A DNA stretch of 64,000 nucleotides, taken from the NCBI GenBank assembly GCA_043814605.1, contig JBDRJV010000022.1:21305-85304 (forward strand), read 5' to 3'. A program made the translations under genes and the position numbers. This document shows, piece after piece, positions 57,490 through 64,000 of this stretch. A model generated the notes under the pieces. It was not told the DNA's origin and searched no databases. It was given only the letters and a program-made list of their open reading frames with translations. The stretch is from Candidatus Omnitrophota bacterium (GTDB lineage: Bacteria; Omnitrophota; Gorgyraeia; B26-G9). Every line of letters begins with the position of its first letter. Within the stretch, counting starts at the first letter, position 1.

Positions 57490-58188
57490 TTATACAAAAA
57501 AATTGTGTTCTGGAGTTAGCAGAGAGACCTTTTTAATACCATTTATATTATTCAAAACACTAAGCATTTGCTCAAAACTGTCCTTCTGCACTTTTGCGTG
57601 TAATGAATATGTTATTTCTTTGATTTTTGATTCACTGTCTGTAAAACTTGACCTAAGTTCATATTTAATATTTTTCTGGCTAAATAAATCTCTAATCATG
57701 TTTTCTGCTTTTAAACTTAGTTGTAAATCAATATATAAAACCATGATGTAATCAGAATTAATTGTTTTGTCAAAATTTATTTTGGTTAAAATTATCACGA
57801 AACATCCTATAAAAAACGCGCTCACAGCAGCGGTTAAATAATTACCCGAACCAACAGCTAAACCTTCGGCAATCACCCAGAACAAATAAGCCATATCTTT
57901 TGTATCCTTGATAACTGTCCTAAATCTTATAATCGAAAGAGACCCAATCAACCCTAAAGATAAAGCAATATTCGAACCGATTACCATCATAATAACAGAA
58001 ACAATAACATTAATCATTATCAGCGTAAAAGTAAACGAGGATGCGGAAGAAAAGCCTCTATGCGTACGCTTATAGATAAAACAAATAAAAAGCCCTAAAA
58101 AAAACGAGATTGCTAATGTAAAAATAATTGTCAATACCGAAAGATCTTTTGAAACTGCTAAACTTAATTTTTCCAAAAATACATTCAT
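57490..58188 (-). CDS. DUF4956-like membrane protein
   Basis: 232 aa, N-terminal TM helices, and the conserved SLGLIGSLSIIRFRTVIKD segment. The family assignment is from memory. Confidence 0.5.
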   Translation of the reverse strand: MNVFLEKLSLAVSKDLSVLTIIFTLAISFFLGLFICFIYKRTHRGFSSASSFTFTLIMINVIVSVIMMVIGSNIALSLGLIGSLSIIRFRTVIKDTKDMAYLFWVIAEGLAVGSGNYLTAAVSAFFIGCFVIILTKINFDKTINSDYIMVLYIDLQLSLKAENMIRDLFSQKNIKYELRSSFTDSESKIKEITYSLHAKVQKDSFEQMLSVLNNINGIKKVSLLTPEHNFFV

Positions 58189-58201
58189 TTTTCTACCCTT
58201 T

Positions 58202-58957
58202 CTATTTTAAAAAAAGCGAACTATTGCAAGCTTGTTTTTGCGCGCTTAATAAATATTTGCTGATTGAACTTTGTTGTAATGAATACTTTTTAATCAAATA
58301 CACAAACCAAAAAGGAATATAATCCTGACATTTAAGTTCTAAAATCTGAACTTCTTCAGATAAAACCGGAATATGCGGTTTTATCTGTATGTCTCCAAAA
58401 AATCTACTGCAATATGTTTTAGCATCAATAGTAACACGAATACCGTCATCATTTTTAGCAAAAAAAGCATTCCGGGAATAATCAATTCGGATAAAAGGAT
58501 AATAATGTTCTGCTTTTCTTAACTTTATAAAATAAGATATAAGGGGATCAGTATCATCTAGTTGACTGCTGTTAAAATCTGATTTTAAAAGATTTTGCAC
58601 ACATTCATAGGACATCAGAATTGTCTTTTTAATAACCTTATCTAATCTTCTATATTTTAATTCAACTTTAATTGGACCAGTCACATTTAACGGCCGATAA
58701 AACCGCACCCGCAGTTTCAGCCTGTCACTTTCGCCTTTTAGTTTATCAAAATATGACTTTAACCCTAAAGTTTCAAAATAAACAGAAGAAATTTGATAAA
58801 CAGAATCTTCGCCTTGTCCATATTTATCTTTTTTTGTAAATTTTTTCAAATCGTTTATAAAATTAGCTCTTTCATGCTGCGGCAAATAATACTTATATTC
58901 AATTCTCGAACGCGTTTTCATCATAAACTCACCTTTATTACTCAATATCCATGCCAA
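58202..58957 (-). CDS. VTC-domain protein (polyphosphate-polymerase-like, CYTH/triphosphate-tunnel superfamily)
   Basis: RIEYKYYL...VYQISSVYFET...YFDKLKGESDRLKLRVRFY matches the bacterial VTC/CYTH-like core. Recall-based. Confidence 0.55.
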   Translation of the reverse strand: MAWILSNKGEFMMKTRSRIEYKYYLPQHERANFINDLKKFTKKDKYGQGEDSVYQISSVYFETLGLKSYFDKLKGESDRLKLRVRFYRPLNVTGPIKVELKYRRLDKVIKKTILMSYECVQNLLKSDFNSSQLDDTDPLISYFIKLRKAEHYYPFIRIDYSRNAFFAKNDDGIRVTIDAKTYCSRFFGDIQIKPHIPVLSEEVQILELKCQDYIPFWFVYLIKKYSLQQSSISKYLLSAQKQACNSSLFLK

Positions 58958-61900
58958 ACTGAGTCTGCGGCTTTTCCATGGTTAAAAGATATTCTGAATT
59001 AGAATTCAATATCATCATCCCTATGGGTATAGATTTTATCGCTATTGGCATTTTTAATTTATATTTTTCCATCAGAACAGTTACTATTTCCTTATTTCCC
59101 AGTGCACCTAGTATATTATCAATGTGATAATTACCCCTAGCATTTTTCTTAAGCAAAAAACCTTTCGAAATATTTCCTTCTTTACTTGTAATATTATTAC
59201 CCAGAAGCTTCGCATATTCATATCCGTTACTGCTTAGACTTTCTGCCTTTCCTTCAATTATTTCTTTATATTTTTTCCTTTTTCCCTTTTTTTTATTTTT
59301 ATTGTTTTTTAACTTAGGTTCTTTAATTAAAATTTTAGCTTTTTTATTTTTAAGCTCAAAAGCGGAATTTGAGACAATACAAACTGAAGTTTCTTTTTTT
59401 ACACCTTTATCCTCTCTATTTTCTATACCAAAATCCAACTTATTCCCTACCACTAAACTATTATAAACAATCAGGTTGCCTCCACCAAAAAATCTTTTCT
59501 TACAATACGCAGTTACCCCAACATTATTTTCCACAATCGTATTATTAATTAACCGTATTTGCGATAAGTCTTTCACGGCTACTCCCAGGTTACAGCCGAT
59601 AATTATATTATTAAATACTTCATCCTGTGACTGCTCTCCAAAACTAATCCCTTTGTCGCCTGATTTTTCAATCCTGTTATTAAAAATAAATGTTTCTGAA
59701 CCAGAAATATCAATACCATCATTCCCATTATCATAAAAATAACACCCCTCAATCCTACTGCCTGCTTTCATGCAATCAAAATCTACAGCATCACAGTTAT
59801 TTTTATAAAAATAACTGTTTTTTATGACTGATGTTCCATATTTAAAATTTAAAGCATCATCCCCCTTTTTTTTACTTGCATATCTGAAAATACAATTTTC
59901 AACTTTTACATCGCAATAATAGCCAGAAAGCATCCCTGAAAAATAAGTGCCATTAATATTTGCTTCACTGCCATTCTCAAATATACAATTCTCAAAATTT
60001 CCCGAAGCCTTGCTCTGAATAAGCCCAACCACACCCCATGATTTTTTACTTTCACTATTCGTAAACACAATTGGCTCAGATTGGCTACCGATAACTTGTA
60101 AGCAACCATATGAAACTAAAGAAATTCCTTTTTTAAATTTAAATGTAGTTCCTGGCTTAATTTCAAAAATATATCCTTTAGGCACAATAAGATTTTCTTC
60201 GATTGTATATACGCCCTTTTTGATCACAACTAAATACTCTGCCTTGATATCATCAATATTAAATGTACTTTTTAACTGTTGCCTGAAACGTTCAATAACC
60301 ACTGGTTGGCTTCCAATATCCTGCCATTTTCCATAATCCATATCCAACAATTCACAACCTATATTTTCCAAAAAAACATTGGTAGTACTAACCTGAGCAT
60401 TATCCTGCACAATTAAAAAATATGGGGCGTTTTTAACTGTAATATTAGTTAAAGCCATTTTTGTATCTACTCCTTTAAACCAAAAAATTCTGCTGGCAAT
60501 ATCATTTGCTTTTATCCCTGATATTTCACCCACACAATTCCCGGCTTTGATTGAATAAAGATTAGAGCTAAAAGTAAGCTCAGATAATTTCACCCTATTT
60601 TCATTCATTACTATGGCTTTTTTTGATCCGGAAAAATTAGAATTATTAATAACTAAAACAGAATCTGGATCACTTTTTATATCAATATTATTTAAATCAA
60701 AAGTAGAGTTATTTATAAACGAAACAGTCTCTTTTCTTAACTCCAGTCCTGTTCCAGAGCCAACCCCATTAACAATAACTTCATCAAAAATCACGTTTTT
60801 AAAAACTGCTATCCCTGCCCAAATTTGGTTATACGCAATAAACTGGGATTTTTTTGCTAAGATATATCCTGCCTCAAGTTTCTTCACTGGCAAAAATTGC
60901 AACTTTACCCCTTCGCCTAAAATCAGTAAGTCATTTTTGCCAAGTATAATATCTTCCATCACAATCAATTGCGAATTCCCGGGGATGAAGTATATTTTAG
61001 TATCGGTATTAAAATACTCTTTTAACTCAACGGTGTCATCCATTTTTTTGACCATGCTTTGCAGTTGTGTATATGTTGCCAGCTCTTTTAATTTTTTTTC
61101 CGATATTTTATATTTTTGAATTTCTTTCATTGTCAGCTGCGGCTTTTCAATTTGCGGTTGATATTCTATAAAAACTTCCCCCTTAACATTATCCATACGC
61201 ATCCCCTTATAATAAAGCACAACTTCGTAAGTTAAGGGTATAGGAGACTGCTTAATTGTTTCAGAAAAATCAATTACATATTCTCCGGGTTTATTTTCCC
61301 GGCTTAAACCATTACTAAAAACCTTTACATCCCAATCACTGTCTTCAGGATTCAAAATGCTAGCTTGCGGATATTTCTGTGAATCACTTTTTACAAAAGA
61401 AACCGTCAATTTTTTTGAAAAAATATTATCCTCTGAAGCAGCGATATTCACAATCAATTTAGGCTTTGGATCATATACAGGAATAATTGGCTCTCCGGTT
61501 ACCGCATTCCTGAGAGTTAATTTAAGATTATCTTTACTGTTAATATCCTTTCCCTGGTATTCATAAAAATATAAATACCGGGTCGGTTCTATAATATTCT
61601 GAGTCACTGCTGGTCTCCTAATCCTTATCCATTCTGGTAATAATAAGTTTTTTTCTTTATGCCACCAAGGGGGATTACTCAGCTGCCAGTCTGAAGTAAC
61701 ATTTTTATCTTTATATTCTACCTTATCAAGATAAACACCAACTGGAGAAGGTACATTTAAAACTAAATATATCTTCTGCGATATTTCATTATTTAAAATC
61801 TGCCACTTTAAAGTACAGCTGGATAATGCTCCTTTAATATAACTTTGTCTTATTGTTTCAAAACTTTTAATCTGTTCCACAGATTGGATAAAATTATTAA

Positions 61901-63020
61901 TATCCTGCGGCACACTCACCACTGAACCAATATCCAGTAATTCTTCTTGCAATACTTGAGAATATGCCAAAATTTCATCATAGATATAACTGATTTTTCT
62001 TTTCCCCAAAATCTCATTACATAAAAATTGAACATCTTGAAAATAATTATGCATCCAATAAGGATTACGCATAAAATATTCTGAAATATAATTCAAGTTA
62101 TAAGTAATCGGATTTTGAGTGATAAAATTCATACCCATTAAATCATTAAGAGCTAAATTAAAAGTTGTTTCGTTTTTCTCCTCTTCTTGGGCAACAAATA
62201 TTAAATTATGCGTAGTCATATGACAAGAATTAAATATCGTATTAAGAGCTAAATATCTTGTATAATCTACGTCATCTATAGCTATTGATTGCTGCAAACT
62301 CCTGGGAATAGAAGAAAGCGTTACTACTTCTCTTAATAAATCCATAAATTCCGATTTTATTTTGCCCTTTTTCCCTTTTAATAAATTACTTTTCCAATAA
62401 TATTTAAGTAGCCTTTCTGAATCTGGATAGGCAAAAAATCCCCATATAACATCCAGATTATCTGTAAAAGAATTTCTAAAATTATCATCCCATAAAATGC
62501 GATGCCCCAGGCTTTTACCTGAACTATCTGTAACATTCAACAATCTTGTTCTCGGAACTAGTTCATAATATTGTGAAGCCAGAGTGTAAACTACAAATTC
62601 ACTAAACACCTGTTCGTATGGGACAAAAGGATCGGTAATATTCCAAAATCCAAATACTTCTGAACCTAAAGCTTTCAATTTAAAATTATCTTCGTTTTCT
62701 ATATTGAATTTTACAGATCTATTTTTCCAGGAATGGAAATGCGGCGATGACCAACCGTTAAATTTAGCCTTACATTCTTTATTTAAATAAGGATCATAAA
62801 AATAGAACCAGTTAAAAACCGGTCGAAAATATGTTCCTGCCTTAGGAATTTCATATTCCATCATTTCTTCTATTTGCATAGGAATGGTTGGAACTATAAA
62901 TTTTTTGACGGCAAAGTCTATGTTATTAGTAATATTTTCATCATTCGCATTTCCATCACTCAAGAAAATGAACAGATTAATCGCAAATATTACAAAACAT
63001 ATTCCTCTTTTTATATTCAT
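58938..63020 (-). CDS. Giant secreted protein: CotH-kinase-like N-terminal domain, right-handed parallel beta-helix repeats, a K-rich linker, and a C-terminal domain
   Basis: Signal peptide MNIKRGICFVIFAINLFIFLSDGNA. The N-terminal 400 aa contain HNLIFVAQEEEKNETTFNLALNDLMGMNF, which resembles the CotH catalytic region. The central NxxIxxNxxxG-type repeats (e.g. NNRIEKSGDKGISFGEQSQDEVFNNIIIGCNLGVAVKD) are typical of pectate-lyase-fold beta-helices. Confidence 0.45.
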   Translation of the reverse strand: MNIKRGICFVIFAINLFIFLSDGNANDENITNNIDFAVKKFIVPTIPMQIEEMMEYEIPKAGTYFRPVFNWFYFYDPYLNKECKAKFNGWSSPHFHSWKNRSVKFNIENEDNFKLKALGSEVFGFWNITDPFVPYEQVFSEFVVYTLASQYYELVPRTRLLNVTDSSGKSLGHRILWDDNFRNSFTDNLDVIWGFFAYPDSERLLKYYWKSNLLKGKKGKIKSEFMDLLREVVTLSSIPRSLQQSIAIDDVDYTRYLALNTIFNSCHMTTHNLIFVAQEEEKNETTFNLALNDLMGMNFITQNPITYNLNYISEYFMRNPYWMHNYFQDVQFLCNEILGKRKISYIYDEILAYSQVLQEELLDIGSVVSVPQDINNFIQSVEQIKSFETIRQSYIKGALSSCTLKWQILNNEISQKIYLVLNVPSPVGVYLDKVEYKDKNVTSDWQLSNPPWWHKEKNLLLPEWIRIRRPAVTQNIIEPTRYLYFYEYQGKDINSKDNLKLTLRNAVTGEPIIPVYDPKPKLIVNIAASEDNIFSKKLTVSFVKSDSQKYPQASILNPEDSDWDVKVFSNGLSRENKPGEYVIDFSETIKQSPIPLTYEVVLYYKGMRMDNVKGEVFIEYQPQIEKPQLTMKEIQKYKISEKKLKELATYTQLQSMVKKMDDTVELKEYFNTDTKIYFIPGNSQLIVMEDIILGKNDLLILGEGVKLQFLPVKKLEAGYILAKKSQFIAYNQIWAGIAVFKNVIFDEVIVNGVGSGTGLELRKETVSFINNSTFDLNNIDIKSDPDSVLVINNSNFSGSKKAIVMNENRVKLSELTFSSNLYSIKAGNCVGEISGIKANDIASRIFWFKGVDTKMALTNITVKNAPYFLIVQDNAQVSTTNVFLENIGCELLDMDYGKWQDIGSQPVVIERFRQQLKSTFNIDDIKAEYLVVIKKGVYTIEENLIVPKGYIFEIKPGTTFKFKKGISLVSYGCLQVIGSQSEPIVFTNSESKKSWGVVGLIQSKASGNFENCIFENGSEANINGTYFSGMLSGYYCDVKVENCIFRYASKKKGDDALNFKYGTSVIKNSYFYKNNCDAVDFDCMKAGSRIEGCYFYDNGNDGIDISGSETFIFNNRIEKSGDKGISFGEQSQDEVFNNIIIGCNLGVAVKDLSQIRLINNTIVENNVGVTAYCKKRFFGGGNLIVYNSLVVGNKLDFGIENREDKGVKKETSVCIVSNSAFELKNKKAKILIKEPKLKNNKNKKKGKRKKYKEIIEGKAESLSSNGYEYAKLLGNNITSKEGNISKGFLLKKNARGNYHIDNILGALGNKEIVTVLMEKYKLKMPIAIKSIPIGMMILNSNSEYLLTMEKPQTQFGMDIE

Positions 63021-63042
63021 GACCCAATCCTATAAAACATTA

Positions 63043-63972
63043 TTATTGATTAAAAGCTATTTTTTTTATAACATAAGTATTAATCTCAGCTTTGCCCAGG
63101 ACAAATAATGCCATTAACAACCGGATAATTAAGCCAAATGGTATTAACAAAACTGCCAAAATACCATTCACCACAGGATTTTTACCCGCAAAGCACATAT
63201 AAAAACTAAACGCTAGATCCTGAAAATAATCAATCGCATTACTCTTGTATTCGACTATTTTTAAGTTATACTTAGCTAATAAAATTTTCATGCCCTCATA
63301 GCCATAAAAAAATAAATGCCGAGGAGTATCCAAATGGAACCAGAATTTTCTCGTTAGATTAAAACCGAGACTATTTCTATTAGGTATTTCTAAAATCAAG
63401 ACACCGTTTTTAGCCAATAAGCAAGAAAGTCCTTTCATGAAACTATCCACATTATCAATATGTTCAAATACATGCCACATAACAATAATATCAAACTCAC
63501 CAAATTCATTTTTGCTACAAATACTATTGTCTATTTTAGTATTATAAATTTCTATATCTTGATAATTATCTTTTATATATTGATAGGCCTGCTTGTTTAT
63601 TTCAATGCCGGATTTTTGGAAAGTTTTAGGTAAAGAGTGCAAAAAGCCTCCCCAGCCACAACCAACTTCCAAAATTTTCATACCTTTAGGATGATATTGT
63701 TTTATTAATTGCAATCTTCTGTGAAAACTAATATTCGAAAGCCACGCTAAGATAGACTTGATCAGAAAATTATAGGCTGGCGTATTATAATAACCATCTA
63801 AATAATACTTTTCATAATATCCGTTATTTATTTCAACAGCCGTAAATGTAACCTTGCAGTTTAAACATTCAAGAATTTCAAAACCCTCTTGGCTCAAAAG
63901 CTCTCGGCCATGTCTGTTTTCTGCTACAAACAATAATTTAGTTTTTTCACTTAAACAATACTTACACTTCAT
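63043..63972 (-). CDS. Class I SAM-dependent methyltransferase with an N-terminal 4-Cys zinc ribbon
   Basis: CKYC...CLNC ribbon, then motif I ILEVGCGWGGFLH and a Type 11/12 methyltransferase fold. Confidence 0.7.
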   Translation of the reverse strand: MKCKYCLSEKTKLLFVAENRHGRELLSQEGFEILECLNCKVTFTAVEINNGYYEKYYLDGYYNTPAYNFLIKSILAWLSNISFHRRLQLIKQYHPKGMKILEVGCGWGGFLHSLPKTFQKSGIEINKQAYQYIKDNYQDIEIYNTKIDNSICSKNEFGEFDIIVMWHVFEHIDNVDSFMKGLSCLLAKNGVLILEIPNRNSLGFNLTRKFWFHLDTPRHLFFYGYEGMKILLAKYNLKIVEYKSNAIDYFQDLAFSFYMCFAGKNPVVNGILAVLLIPFGLIIRLLMALFVLGKAEINTYVIKKIAFNQ

Positions 63973-64000
63973 TTTCCCCTAAAACTTTCGATAACTAATA

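Noticed and set aside
1-64000. Search for CRISPR arrays, tRNA/rRNA genes and transposases
   Set aside because: I saw no direct-repeat/spacer arrays, no cloverleaf-compatible conserved tRNA boxes in the intergenic gaps, and no DDE or serine-recombinase-like ORFs.

Overview
This is an AT-rich, densely coding window in which almost every gene lies on the minus strand. The organism looks diderm: it carries lipid A genes (an LpxL-family acyltransferase and LpxB). It also carries a complete type IV pilus cluster (pilin, PilC, PilB, PilQ, PilP-like, PilO-like, and a PilM-PilN fusion) next to the conserved proS-ispG-rseP-dxr-cdsA-uppS block. I found no rRNA, tRNA, CRISPR array or transposase.

The most interesting content comes in four groups:

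1. An operon (30553 to 25274, minus strand) runs next to a GH57 glucan-branching enzyme gene. It starts with a ParA/MinD-type ATPase fused to a C-terminal CBM48 (AMPK-beta-like) glycogen-binding domain. It then encodes a Walker-A-degenerate ParA-like partner, a protein with a faint resemblance to a PD-(D/E)XK nuclease fold, YfiH/PgeF, and a lysine-rich protein with a DUF4912-like C-terminus. I read this as a candidate ParA-type positioning or segregation system for glycogen granules.

2. A 15-kb locus looks like a lipid-linked glycan pathway. It holds a UbiA-family prenyltransferase, a small SMR/ArnEF-like membrane protein, two SDR epimerases, two B12-binding radical SAM enzymes, two methyltransferases, two large GT-C-like membrane proteins, and ManC and NadE.

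3. A triad of a VTC (polyphosphate-polymerase-like) protein, a DUF4956 membrane protein, and a 1360-aa secreted protein. The large protein has a CotH-kinase-like N-terminal domain followed by a parallel beta-helix.

4. A 1303-aa, highly divergent class A PBP-like protein, flanked by two copies of a 35-bp palindromic REP-like element.

Smaller observations:

- pilM-pilN is split by a frameshift inside a (TA)5 tract.
- PilB carries an MshEN-type tandem c-di-GMP-binding motif.
- Two tandemly duplicated sensor-like membrane proteins with a 4-Cys C-terminal domain sit beside two stand-alone receiver proteins, with no histidine kinase.
- An untracked 30-aa, extremely basic ORF has a strong ribosome-binding site.
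- An untracked partial lipoprotein ORF runs off the 5' edge of the window.
- A 2 x 123-bp in-frame tandem repeat sits in one of the GT-C genes.
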